Shown here piece after piece: positions 29,532 through 38,998 of a stretch of DNA of 64,000 bases; position 1 is the first letter of the stretch; each line of letters opens with the position of its first letter. Under the pieces are notes generated by a model. That model made no database searches. It was given only the letters and a program-made list of their open reading frames with translations, and was not told the DNA's origin. The stretch comes from Candidatus Gottesmanbacteria bacterium GW2011_GWA2_43_14 (GTDB lineage: Bacteria; Patescibacteriota; Microgenomatia; 2-02-FULL-39-11). The stretch is taken from contig LCFP01000003.1 of assembly GCA_000999095.1 (NCBI GenBank), positions 93,437 to 157,436 of the forward strand. The letters run 5' to 3'. Made by a program: the position numbers and the translations under genes.

Positions 29532-30392
29532 ATGAGCCGTAAGGCAATAATCGTTCTGTTGATTTTTTTCGGGGTCTTTCTTTTTGCCGTTTACAAGCTG
29601 ATTGCCGGAAGCCGGGGCAATATTGCCGGTCTAAAGGTGCAGTCGACACCGGCTGCCTCTGTTTACCTTGACGACGAACTTATCGGTAAAACTCCCTATG
29701 ACCAGAAACATCCGCCGGGTGAATACGTTCTAAAGTTGATCGCGGATGAAAACGAATCAAGCGCCGTTCCGTGGCAGGGGAAAGTTGTTTTAAATCCTCA
29801 GGTTTTAACCTTCGTCAGAAGGGAAATGGGATTAAGTGAAGTGGTTTCTGCCGGAGAAATTGTCACTATGGAAAAAATTTCCGGTGGCGAAACGCAAATT
29901 GCCGTTTTTTCCTCCCCCGATGCAGCCGCAGTTTTGCTGGATGGGATTGACAGGGGAGTCACGCCGCTTAACCTGACCATAAGTCCCGGAGAGCATGATG
30001 TGACTGTCACCTCCACCGGTTTTATCGGCCGGACTGTCCGGGTGAAAACCGTTGAAAGTTATAAAGTGACCGTCAATTTTAATTTGGCAGTTGCCGGTGA
30101 TATCGTCCTTCCGGCAACCCCAACCCCGACAGATGAAGCAGGGGCAACAACTGCTCCGGAGGATGAAGACGGAGAGCCCTCTGACTCAGGAAATTTCGTC
30201 ACCATTAACGACACTCCAACAGGATTTCTGAGAGTGCGGTTTGATGCGACAACTTCAGCCAGTGAAGTTGCCCGCTTAAATCCCGGAGTCAAGGTGCCGT
30301 TTATCGAAGAAAAATCAGGCTGGTTCAAAGTAGAATACGAAACCGGTAAAGAAGGCTGGATTTCCTCCCGTTACGCTGAAAGAACCAATTAA
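29532..30392 (+). CDS. membrane-anchored PEGA-domain / bacterial SH3 (SH3b) protein
   Basis: N-terminal TM. Two PEGA-like segments (VYLDDELIGKTPY...PGEYVL; VLLDGIDRGVTPLNLTISPGEHDV). C-terminal SH3b-like GFLRVRFDATTSASEVARLNPGVKV...GWFKVEYETGKEGWISSRY. Confidence 0.55.
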   Translation: MSRKAIIVLLIFFGVFLFAVYKLIAGSRGNIAGLKVQSTPAASVYLDDELIGKTPYDQKHPPGEYVLKLIADENESSAVPWQGKVVLNPQVLTFVRREMGLSEVVSAGEIVTMEKISGGETQIAVFSSPDAAAVLLDGIDRGVTPLNLTISPGEHDVTVTSTGFIGRTVRVKTVESYKVTVNFNLAVAGDIVLPATPTPTDEAGATTAPEDEDGEPSDSGNFVTINDTPTGFLRVRFDATTSASEVARLNPGVKVPFIEEKSGWFKVEYETGKEGWISSRYAERTN

Positions 30393-30408
30393 GCAATGGT
30401 TTCCCCGA

Positions 30409-30441
30409 ATGTGTCTAGCTATATCACCCCCGGGGTGATAC
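30409..30441. repeat. REP-like palindromic element copy 2 with compensatory stem changes (…TATCACCCC-C-GGGGTGATAC)
   Basis: Read directly. It overlaps the last 6 codons and the stop of the minus-strand MraY-like gene. Confidence 0.6.
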
Positions 30442-31503
30442 GGTTTTTTGGGGGAGTTTTTTGAAGAAGTTCAGCCAGACAATCAGCATGGCCACCAAAA
30501 TGACAATCAGGAGAAAGGCAAAGACTTTTTGCTTTGGGTTCAGAGATAAGGCGGCAGTACCGGCGATAAAGGAAATAGCCCAATAAAAAAGCGCAATCCT
30601 TCTTTTCCCCCAGCCCAATTTTAACAGGTGATGATGCAGATGTTCCGATGAGGCTTTGACCGGAGAAGCTCCGCTTAAAATCCTTTTGCCCAGGATAAAG
30701 ACGGCATCGGTCATAGGTACTGCTAGGACCAGAAGGGCTGTGCCGAATTTGGAAAAAGATAAAATTGACAAAACCCCCAGCATGAATCCGGCCAGGGTTT
30801 TCCCGCCATATCCGGGCATGATTTTTTGCGGATAATAATTCCAGGGAAGAAATCCCAGATATGAGCCGGCCGTTAAAAAAGCCAGGGCGGTCACATAATA
30901 TTGGTTGGGATCGGCTATATAGCGGATTGACAGCATGCCGATGACAACGGCTGAAATGGAGACAAAACCGGGCAGCTGGCCGTCGACCCCTCCTGACCAG
31001 CCGATGATGTTGGTAGTCCAGACTATCCAGATAAAAGCCAAAACCTGTGACAGGTACAAAGAGCCCAATCCCAAAAGATTTAAATCCACGGAAATATTAT
31101 CGAAGCGGATGATTCCTCCGAAGGGACTGGTGACATAGGGAATATTGATGCCGCCTAAGATGACAATTGCCGCCGCCAGGCAGTTGATGAAAAAGCGCAA
31201 GTAGGGAGAACGGTCTTTGCGGTCATCCCAAAGTCCGGAGAGTATAAGAATAAGGGCCCCTAAAAAGATACCGGTTGCCAGGGGTTGAATTTTCAGAAAT
31301 ATAAACAATGGCAGAAATATTCCCAAAAGTAGCGGGATGCCTCCTGCCCGGGGAATAATGCCGGTATGGGTATGCGCCGGGTGCGGCCGTTTTTTTGAAT
31401 CGTCGAGCAGTTTGTATTTTGAGGCCAGTTTAATGGTCGGCGGAACCAACAGAAAGGTGACCAGAAAAGACAGGCTGATCAAAAATGAAAAAGTTAAAAA
31501 CAT
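30424..31503 (-). CDS. MraY/WecA-family polyprenyl-phosphate sugar-1-phosphate transferase
   Basis: Multi-TM protein with NIIGWSGGVDGQLPG and MTDAVFILGKRI...SSEHLHHHLLKLG, matching MraY-family motifs. The C-terminal VSPRG* is encoded inside the REP copy. Confidence 0.65.
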   Translation of the reverse strand: MFLTFSFLISLSFLVTFLLVPPTIKLASKYKLLDDSKKRPHPAHTHTGIIPRAGGIPLLLGIFLPLFIFLKIQPLATGIFLGALILILSGLWDDRKDRSPYLRFFINCLAAAIVILGGINIPYVTSPFGGIIRFDNISVDLNLLGLGSLYLSQVLAFIWIVWTTNIIGWSGGVDGQLPGFVSISAVVIGMLSIRYIADPNQYYVTALAFLTAGSYLGFLPWNYYPQKIMPGYGGKTLAGFMLGVLSILSFSKFGTALLVLAVPMTDAVFILGKRILSGASPVKASSEHLHHHLLKLGWGKRRIALFYWAISFIAGTAALSLNPKQKVFAFLLIVILVAMLIVWLNFFKKLPQKTVSPRG

Positions 31504-31856
31504 CAGCTGATTAAAAATATAATTCTTAAAAATGTTATAAGCAGAATAAGCCCGACCGTAAGTGCCGTAACCGCCAAAATCCTGGAAGTCAACATTTCCC
31601 TTTCATAAATTTGAGCTGCCCACGCAAGATGAACCATAAAAATGACAATTGATAAAACAGGCAAAATTAAGAGGGTGTAAGGTGTCCCTAAGACGTCTTC
31701 ACTTCTGGGAAGGGAATAAAAAAGAGGCAGTTCCGGCGGCAGTTCCTGCCATTTCCAGACAATAACCGCCATAAAAACCGCCATCAGAATCAGAAATATC
31801 TGGAGGCAGCGGAGTATAATAGTATCCTTCAATACTCTCTTCAGTTTGTTTTTCAT
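31503..31856 (-). CDS. small integral membrane protein
   Basis: Three predicted TM helices. No family recognised. Confidence 0.35.
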   Translation of the reverse strand: MKNKLKRVLKDTIILRCLQIFLILMAVFMAVIVWKWQELPPELPLFYSLPRSEDVLGTPYTLLILPVLSIVIFMVHLAWAAQIYEREMLTSRILAVTALTVGLILLITFLRIIFLIS

Positions 31857-31859
31857 AAA

Positions 31860-33146
31860 CTAGTCGCTGACTACAATCCCGAATGAAGCATCATCTTTGA
31901 CCAGGTATGTCCTGGCAAAAGAAGCGGGAAAAGTGAAGCGGGAGACATCGTCAAAAATGACATTAACTCCGATATAGTTGGGGATAGCCGTGTTTTGCGG
32001 ATTATAGACAAACGTTTTATCAGGAACCTGAGAGTAATAGGCAGTCTCGAGATAAGCAATCGGCGTTTCAGTGTAAATGTAATCGCTTTCTTCAATTGAG
32101 GCGTTTATTTCGCGGAGAGCGGATTTGAAATCGGTTTTTTTCCGGAAGGGAACTATATAAAAATTGAAGTAAACAGTCAAAGCAAAAAGGGATACGGCCA
32201 ACAGATATCGCCGGGTTTTCTTTTTCAGGGCGAAGATACCGAAGGATACGGCAAAAATCTCACAAACCGTAATGAAGATAAGATAACGGTTGACGTAAAT
32301 CGGTCTTTTGACCATCGAATAACTTAAAATCAAAAAAAGCGGCAGTATGACAGGCAGAATAAACATGGCGGCGGTTTTTTTATTTTTCCGTAAGCCTGAA
32401 AAACCGAGGAAAATTATACCCAGGGAGATGATGAAAGTATATTTCCAGAAGTACCAGGGTGTACCCTGATAACCCGTAAAAAGATTTCCCAAGGATGATC
32501 TGACCAGCTGCCAGTCAACCGGATATATCCAGGATTCTTTTGATTTAACAAACTGCACAGCCACAACCGGCAGCCAGGGCAGAAAATAGAGCAGCGGTTT
32601 GAGGATGAGGAAGAGCTGTTTTTTCCGGGAACGGAAAACATAATCATGGACAGCCAGAGACAGCGGGAGCATCAGGAAAAAAGTATGGGAATAGAGTCCG
32701 AGAACGGCAGAGATTGTATAGCCGCGCCAATTTTTGAAAAGAAAGAAATATAAAGCGGCAGTCGACATCAGGGCATAGAGTGAATACATCCTCATTTCAA
32801 AGGCATAATAAAGCAGCATCGGATTGACCAGATAGAATAAGAAAATAAAAACCGCAAATTTCCGGTCAGTAATTTTTTTACCTATCAGATAGGCAAAATA
32901 TGATCCGATAAGATGGAAAATTAACGACAAAAGCCGTAAACCTAAGTCCGAATGTCCGGCCAGGTAAATCCAGAGATGCAAAAGAAGATAATAGAGGGGG
33001 GGGTTGAAATCCTGGGCGGTGGTGATGATGATTTTGACCAGATTCGGTTTGGCCATGAAATAGGAAAAAGCCTCATCGCGCCACACCGACTGGTTAAAGT
33101 AAAAGAGAGGAGTATGCAGTGTGAGGAATTCTAGAAAAGCATTCAT
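31860..33146 (-). CDS. GT-C fold glycosyltransferase (GT39/ArnT/PMT-like)
   Basis: Polytopic membrane protein. First loop has RDEAFSYFMA (the DE motif of ArnT/PMT-like enzymes). Hydrophobic throughout. Confidence 0.5.
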   Translation of the reverse strand: MNAFLEFLTLHTPLFYFNQSVWRDEAFSYFMAKPNLVKIIITTAQDFNPPLYYLLLHLWIYLAGHSDLGLRLLSLIFHLIGSYFAYLIGKKITDRKFAVFIFLFYLVNPMLLYYAFEMRMYSLYALMSTAALYFFLFKNWRGYTISAVLGLYSHTFFLMLPLSLAVHDYVFRSRKKQLFLILKPLLYFLPWLPVVAVQFVKSKESWIYPVDWQLVRSSLGNLFTGYQGTPWYFWKYTFIISLGIIFLGFSGLRKNKKTAAMFILPVILPLFLILSYSMVKRPIYVNRYLIFITVCEIFAVSFGIFALKKKTRRYLLAVSLFALTVYFNFYIVPFRKKTDFKSALREINASIEESDYIYTETPIAYLETAYYSQVPDKTFVYNPQNTAIPNYIGVNVIFDDVSRFTFPASFARTYLVKDDASFGIVVSD

Positions 33147-34627
33147 ATCTTTTCCGTTACTTTGTATTCCAGCCGTTTTCCCAAAAGCAGTCTGGTATGC
33201 GCTTCAAGTGCAGGCAATGATGACAGGAGGAAGGAAACCACTGGCAGAAGAATCCATTGGAAAACCAGAAGCGGCGTTTTGGCGATTGAGAAACTGGCCG
33301 GCCTTTTCGGCCTGGATTTGGCATCAATCAATATCAGGATGGCCAGAAAAGCGGTTGTCATCGTCAGAATCAGGCCGGACATTTTCGGAAGGTTATGCCC
33401 TAGAGCTGTTCTGGAAAAAACAGGATTGATTATCTGCAGAACATAAGCTCCCAATGTCAGGATAAAAAAGGACGTTGGCCAGAAAAGATGGGTTTCAATC
33501 ACATAAAGTACCCTTAATAGTTTTGGGATCAAATGAATCTCGGGTGTGGTGAAAAATTTGGACAGGGCGTACGGTATATCGGTAATGCCCCAGGCCCATC
33601 TTTTTTCCTGTTCGTATCTCGATTTAAGCGAATGCCAGATCGAATAGCTGTTGACAGCATCCCTGGTGATGGTAAGGAATATCGGTATGGTTTTGACCTT
33701 TTCGCCGTAAGTGAAAAAAGCCTGGAGAAAGATATGCCAGTCTTCAGGAATAATATCCCTGTCCCAGTAACCGATCGCTTCCAGCAGTTTTAAGGACAGG
33801 GAATAGGTGGATATTTGGATCAGGTTGTCAGGTTTGGATAGGGAAGCCAGGCGGACAATTGAAGAGATGGTAGCCTGAAGCCTGACCGGCAGCGAAACTT
33901 CCCAAAAATTGCTGTAAAGCAAAACCGGTGCCCAATAGAAATGGTAATAACGGTCAGGGTCATTGAGAAACAGATGAGTCAGGTAAGAGAAATAGGAGGG
34001 AGGGATAAGAGAGTCGGCATCGCAGGATGTTATGGTCACAAGCTCAGGATCAAGACGCCTTTTTCTGATCTGCCTGGAAACGAATTGGGCAGCCCAGGCG
34101 CTGTTTGAAGCTTTGCCGATGACTTCATTGGGTAACCGCGGATGGTAGGTAGCGGTAATCAGGCCGAACTTTGATTTAAATTCTTTAATAAGCATGTCAG
34201 CCCTGTCTTTGGCTTCCTGTCCTTCCCTTTTCTCCATAGCCAGGACGATTAAGAGCCTCTTTCGCGGGAAATCCTGCCTGGTAAGGTATTCCAGGGTTCT
34301 TCTGACTTTGGCTACCGTTTCCCGGTAATTGGTAATGATGATGACATGGTGGCAACCGGCATACGAGCGGTTTTTTCTGGCCAGCATAAGCCAGTTTATC
34401 CTGCTCATTTTTTTAAGTTTGAGGTAGGAAAGCGTCGAGTAGATTGTAACCGACAGCGATTTGTAAAAAAAATAAACGTTAAAAGAAAGAAGGATATAGG
34501 CAACAACCGCCGGATGAAAGGGCGACAGCCAAACAGGCAGGCTGATAATTGCCCAGGTCAGAAGCGGAAAAATAATTTCGAAAGCGCGCTGGAAATGTCC
34601 AGGGTAACGGCTAACAAGACTGTTCAT
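33143..34627 (-). CDS. processive family-2 glycosyltransferase (cellulose/chitin-synthase-like)
   Basis: TSCDADSLIP (DxD) and QEKRWAWG (QxxRW motif), flanked by N- and C-terminal TM bundles. Confidence 0.6.
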   Translation of the reverse strand: MNSLVSRYPGHFQRAFEIIFPLLTWAIISLPVWLSPFHPAVVAYILLSFNVYFFYKSLSVTIYSTLSYLKLKKMSRINWLMLARKNRSYAGCHHVIIITNYRETVAKVRRTLEYLTRQDFPRKRLLIVLAMEKREGQEAKDRADMLIKEFKSKFGLITATYHPRLPNEVIGKASNSAWAAQFVSRQIRKRRLDPELVTITSCDADSLIPPSYFSYLTHLFLNDPDRYYHFYWAPVLLYSNFWEVSLPVRLQATISSIVRLASLSKPDNLIQISTYSLSLKLLEAIGYWDRDIIPEDWHIFLQAFFTYGEKVKTIPIFLTITRDAVNSYSIWHSLKSRYEQEKRWAWGITDIPYALSKFFTTPEIHLIPKLLRVLYVIETHLFWPTSFFILTLGAYVLQIINPVFSRTALGHNLPKMSGLILTMTTAFLAILILIDAKSRPKRPASFSIAKTPLLVFQWILLPVVSFLLSSLPALEAHTRLLLGKRLEYKVTEKI

Positions 34628-34645
34628 TGTCGCCCTATTTTAACA

Positions 34646-35470
34646 CTAGTTCATGGAAAGGTTAAACAGTTGAACTGCGTTGGCGGAAGTAAGGCGGGCC
34701 AGCCTCTCAACGGGCATTTTCAGGGAAGCGGCAATGAATTGGGCGGTATGGATTAAATTGGCAGGTGTGTTGCGGCTGCCGCGAAAAGGCTCGGGTGTCA
34801 GAAAAGGAGAATCCGTTTCCAAAAGAAGCCTTTCCAAGGGAGTTTTGCTCATGGTTTCAACCAAACGGAAGTTGTCCGGATAGGTGATGTTGCCGTCGAA
34901 ACCGGCATAAAAGCCCAAAGACAGCACTTTTTCCAGCTGAGCGGGAGTGCCGTCGAAACAATGAAAGACACCGGACAGGCGGTTGTCTATTAAGAATTTT
35001 TCCAAAAAGCCCAGCATTACTTCATGTGCCTGCCGGCAATGAAGGATGACAGGCTTTCTAAGTTCAACAGCCAAATCAAGCTGCAGCCCAAACAGTTTCA
35101 GCTGCAATTGGCGCAAATCCTGGGCAATCGGCGGATAATTACTGTACTGATAATGGTCAAGACCGATTTCGCCGATGGCGACTGTTTTCTTCCGGACAGC
35201 CAAATCTTTCAGCTTTTCCTTAAGCTCGGCAATTTTTTGGTTATTGTTCAGATATTCGCCAAATTCAGCCGCATGATGCGGATGGATTCCGGTGGCGGCG
35301 TAAGTACCCGTATATTTATCGGCGATTTCAATAGCTTTTCTTGAGGAATCGATTTTGGCACCGGGGATGATGATTTCTGATACACCCGCATCTCTGGCTG
35401 TTTTCAGGACCTGATCCAGATCTTTTTTAAAGGCTTTGAAATTAAGATGGCAGTGGCTGTCGATGAACAT
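34646..35470 (-). CDS. tatD: TatD-family metal-dependent hydrolase
   Basis: MFIDSHCHLNF start, GEIGLDHY, and a conserved His/Asp/Glu pattern. Confidence 0.85.
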   Translation of the reverse strand: MFIDSHCHLNFKAFKKDLDQVLKTARDAGVSEIIIPGAKIDSSRKAIEIADKYTGTYAATGIHPHHAAEFGEYLNNNQKIAELKEKLKDLAVRKKTVAIGEIGLDHYQYSNYPPIAQDLRQLQLKLFGLQLDLAVELRKPVILHCRQAHEVMLGFLEKFLIDNRLSGVFHCFDGTPAQLEKVLSLGFYAGFDGNITYPDNFRLVETMSKTPLERLLLETDSPFLTPEPFRGSRNTPANLIHTAQFIAASLKMPVERLARLTSANAVQLFNLSMN

Positions 35471-36904
35471 CTAGCTGATTCTGGGAAATAAGGATTTTCC
35501 GGCCACGATAGGTTTTGCCGTAAACTGTGCCAGGATGGTTTCCGCCGTCCCGGGCATAAACGGAGCAAAGTTGCAGGCGATTCGGATAATACCGTTGACA
35601 TAACTGTTTAAAGAATCGGAAAGAGCCTGTCCTTTAAGTTTCCAGGGAGTTTGCCGGTTGATATCCCCGTCGATAGCCGAGATTTTTTTCCAGACCTCCA
35701 AAAGCGCTTCATTAAACTTGTAATTGGAAATTAAAGAAATTACTTCAGGGTAAAAAACTCCGATGCCGGACTTTTTGTTAACATCAAGACTGAAATTACT
35801 TTTTTCGCAAAGCTTCGCCACCCTGGCTACCAGGTTACCAAGTCCGTTTGCCAGATCGGCATTATAGACTTCCCGGAATCTTCTTTCCGAATAATCACCG
35901 TCGGCGTAGGACGGAATTTCTTTAAGCAGATAATAGCGGATAGAGTCAGATCCGTACTTGTCGATGACCACGGCAGGGTCGATGACGTTGCCGACTGTCT
36001 TTGACATTTTCTGTCCGTCGACCGTCAGATAACCGTGGATATAAATACCTTTGGGCAGTTTAAGTCCGGCTGATTTAAGGATGGCTGTCCAGTAAATGGA
36101 ATGAAAACGGTTTATGCCTTTGCCGATGACATGCAAATCGGCCGGCCAATATTTTTCATATTTTTTTTCATCCCAGCCGAATCCTATGCCTGACTGGTAA
36201 ATATTTAAAGCATCAAACCAGACGTAGATAATCTGATTGGGATCGTCCGGCACCTCGACACCCCAACTTTTGGCCCGGGTCCGGCTTCTGGAGATGGAAA
36301 AATCCGTCAGGCCCTGTCTGATAAAAGACAGCGTTTCATTTTTCCTGAAATCAGGGGTAATTTTCAGTTTGTCGGAAGTTATTAAATCCGTCAAAAATTC
36401 CTGGTATTTCGACAACCGGAAAAAATAATTCTCTTCGGTTACCTCTTCCAGTTTTCTGCCGGGATGTTCGAAGCATTCTCCTTTTTCATCCAGTTCGTCT
36501 CCGGTATAGAAAGCCTCGCAGCCGACACAGTAAAGTCCGGTGTAATTCTTTTTATAGATATCTCCGTTATGGGCGCATTTTTGCCAGAGAAGCTGTGATG
36601 ACTGATGATGCCGGGGACTTGTGCCTCTTTGCCAGACGTCGAATTTTACCTGCAGTTTTTCAGCCAGCTGCAGAAATTTTTCTCCGTTTTGATCGGTAAA
36701 TTCCTTTGGGTCCAAGCCTTTTTCTTCGGCTGCCCTGATTATTTTCAAGCCGTTCTCGTCAGCCCCGCAAAGGTAGAGGACATCTTTATTTTGAATTGTT
36801 TGAAAGCGCCTGATGACATCGGCATAAACAAACTCCTGTGCATGGCCGATATGAGGAGCCGCATTGACGTAAGGTATGGCTGAAGTCAAATAGAATTTGT
36901 TCAT
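35471..36904 (-). CDS. metG: methionine--tRNA ligase (short form)
   Basis: TSAIPYVNAAPHIGHA (HIGH), a CxxC...CxxC zinc knuckle (YCVGCEAF) and KMSKTVGNVIDP. 477 aa. Confidence 0.85.
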   Translation of the reverse strand: MNKFYLTSAIPYVNAAPHIGHAQEFVYADVIRRFQTIQNKDVLYLCGADENGLKIIRAAEEKGLDPKEFTDQNGEKFLQLAEKLQVKFDVWQRGTSPRHHQSSQLLWQKCAHNGDIYKKNYTGLYCVGCEAFYTGDELDEKGECFEHPGRKLEEVTEENYFFRLSKYQEFLTDLITSDKLKITPDFRKNETLSFIRQGLTDFSISRSRTRAKSWGVEVPDDPNQIIYVWFDALNIYQSGIGFGWDEKKYEKYWPADLHVIGKGINRFHSIYWTAILKSAGLKLPKGIYIHGYLTVDGQKMSKTVGNVIDPAVVIDKYGSDSIRYYLLKEIPSYADGDYSERRFREVYNADLANGLGNLVARVAKLCEKSNFSLDVNKKSGIGVFYPEVISLISNYKFNEALLEVWKKISAIDGDINRQTPWKLKGQALSDSLNSYVNGIIRIACNFAPFMPGTAETILAQFTAKPIVAGKSLFPRIS

Positions 36905-36950
36905 GTGTACAGTATTATATCAGGCTGGCGGTTTTTTCGGATCAGTGGTG

Positions 36951-37358
36951 TCAGTTGAGGATTGTGAAACCGGCTTTGGAGAAATGACTGTCAAATGTTG
37001 CCGCCCTGTCTATCGCTAATCTTTTCATGACGGCAAATGAAGTACAATCGGTAAAGGATAGTCTGCTCCAATTTTCGGTAAACCATTTCCAGGCGCCTGA
37101 TTCATCACTCGCAAGAACCCTGACTATTTTTAAGACGCTTCTCATATCAAGGATAGTTTCCCTAAAACTCAGCACTTTCTCCAATCCTGCTTTTGAACGG
37201 ATTAGAGTAAGTGTCTCATCCAGAATAAAATTGGTGGTAATAAGCAGTGCTTTTTCATTTATTAATTTTTGATAGATGGCCAAAGCAGAAATATAAAAAT
37301 CGTCATCCTCGTCAATTAAAGCTTTGAAGAAACTGGAATCGATAAAAACGCTATTCAT
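36951..37358 (-). CDS. PIN-domain toxin (VapC-like)
   Basis: MNSVFIDSSFF, ILDETL and SFTDCTSFAVMKRLAIDRAATFDSHF are typical PIN acidic residues. The ORF-track N-terminal extension overlaps the antitoxin, so I use the MNSVF start. Confidence 0.6.
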   Translation of the reverse strand: MNSVFIDSSFFKALIDEDDDFYISALAIYQKLINEKALLITTNFILDETLTLIRSKAGLEKVLSFRETILDMRSVLKIVRVLASDESGAWKWFTENWSRLSFTDCTSFAVMKRLAIDRAATFDSHFSKAGFTILN

Positions 37359-37662
37359 CTTCAATTCCGTAGATGACCATATCATCGGGAGAAGCTCCCA
37401 AACCTTTTCCCATAGTTTTGCTTTTGGCAAATTCGATCAATGCCTCATATCCCCGGGGAGGTGATTTTATTTCTCTTTTACCCAATATTGATTTAACATT
37501 CTCAGTCCGGATCAATCGACTGATATATTCATTGACGCTTATTCCCTGAGAGGCGGCCGTAGATCTGACCTGTAACCATTCGTCTTCGGGAATTCTTAAA
37601 TTAGTGACTATTTTTTTGACTGTCATAATACTAAATATACTATAGTATGAATAGTATGTCAA
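37351..37662 (-). CDS. ribbon-helix-helix (CopG/Arc-like) antitoxin
   Basis: KKIVTNLRIPEDEWLQVRSTAASQGISVNEYISRLI is an RHH motif. The real start is likely MTVKK near 37626. Confidence 0.5.
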   Translation of the reverse strand: MTYYSYYSIFSIMTVKKIVTNLRIPEDEWLQVRSTAASQGISVNEYISRLIRTENVKSILGKREIKSPPRGYEALIEFAKSKTMGKGLGASPDDMVIYGIEDE

Positions 37663-37691
37663 GAGTGAGCAGCGGCAAAACAGTTTCTATG

Positions 37692-37991
37692 CTATTTCCT
37701 AAAATAGATTTCGACGGAAACCGCCAGCGCCATCAAAATCAAAAGATTAAAAAAATTCAGAATGTTGAATTGGGCCAATAGCAGGATAGCGGTTATTAAT
37801 AATGTATAGAGAATTACTCTGAAACGGGCAAAAAATAACGATAACAGGTAAATTAAATTAAGAAGTATTAAGAGATAAAAAATAACAATATTCAGAATCG
37901 TTTCCGGCGGGACGGACGTAAGATAGCCAATTAATATTATTCCCAATATGACACTGAGTACTTTCCGGTAAGCCGAAATTTTTCGTCTCAT
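37692..37991 (-). CDS. small multi-TM membrane protein
   Basis: Highly hydrophobic 99 aa with three predicted helices. AT-rich region. Confidence 0.3.
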   Translation of the reverse strand: MRRKISAYRKVLSVILGIILIGYLTSVPPETILNIVIFYLLILLNLIYLLSLFFARFRVILYTLLITAILLLAQFNILNFFNLLILMALAVSVEIYFRK

Positions 37992-38029
37992 GTTTTCATT
38001 TTAGAGGCAGCGTAGTAGAATGGAAAGTC

Positions 38030-38995
38030 GTGGAAACTGCCGCCATCCTTATATTTTTCTTAGTTACGACCCTGGTTGTCCTTTTCGTCACACGCTACTG
38101 GATCGGAAATCTTGAAAAAAAGCGGCAGGTCTCCGATGACCTTTTGGAATGGCTGAGAAGCACCAATGCCAGGCTGGATGACCAGAGCAAAACTATTGTG
38201 GCAACCCTCAACGATTCGACCAAAGCCCTGAATGAAAGGCTTGACAATGCCGCCAGGTTTATAAGTGATGTCCAGAAAAATATCGGCGAAATGAGCGAAA
38301 TCGGGCATGACATGAAAGAACTTTCTGAATTTTTAAAAAGCCCGAAATTGAGAGGCAATATCGGAGAACAGATTCTCAAGGAGATTTTGGGGCAGATGCT
38401 GCCGAAACAAAGTTTTCATTTCCAATACGCGTTCAAATCAGGGGCTATCGTCGATGCCGCCATCAAAACCGTCAACGGGCTGGTGCCTGTCGATGCCAAA
38501 TTTCCGATGGAAAATTTCCGGAAACTAAGCGTAGGCAGGGATGCGGAAACCAGAAAAAGCGCCTCCAAAAATTTCCTTGCCGACGTTAAAAAACATCTGG
38601 AGTCAATTTCCAAAAAATACATTCTGACGGAGGAGGGGACAACTGATTTTGCCCTGATGTACGTGCCTTCCGAAGCGGTTTTTTACGAAATAGTCAACAA
38701 TCCGGAGCTGTTTGATTATGCGCATAGCAAAGCGGTTCTGCCTGTTTCGCCGATGACTTTCTATGCCTATTTAAAAGCGGTCCTGATGTCGATGGAGGGT
38801 CAAAGAATTGAAACCGAAGCCCGGGAAATTTTGAAAATCATTAAGGGCATGCAGAAAGATTATGCAGAAATCCAGGATAATCTGGGATTACTGTCAAAAC
38901 ATTTGACCAATGCTTATAATCAGATGCATCAGGTCGAGACAAGGTTTATGCTGTTGGGACAGAAGTTCCAGGGTAAAATGGGGCTTTTGAAATAA
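38030..38995 (+). CDS. rmuC: DNA recombination protein RmuC
   Basis: N-terminal TM plus coiled-coil, GEQILKEIL, VDAAIK, LPVDAKFPMENF, DFALMYVPSEAVFYE and VLPVSPMTFYAYLKAV are RmuC-family blocks. Confidence 0.75.
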   Translation: METAAILIFFLVTTLVVLFVTRYWIGNLEKKRQVSDDLLEWLRSTNARLDDQSKTIVATLNDSTKALNERLDNAARFISDVQKNIGEMSEIGHDMKELSEFLKSPKLRGNIGEQILKEILGQMLPKQSFHFQYAFKSGAIVDAAIKTVNGLVPVDAKFPMENFRKLSVGRDAETRKSASKNFLADVKKHLESISKKYILTEEGTTDFALMYVPSEAVFYEIVNNPELFDYAHSKAVLPVSPMTFYAYLKAVLMSMEGQRIETEAREILKIIKGMQKDYAEIQDNLGLLSKHLTNAYNQMHQVETRFMLLGQKFQGKMGLLK

Positions 38996-38998
38996 TTT

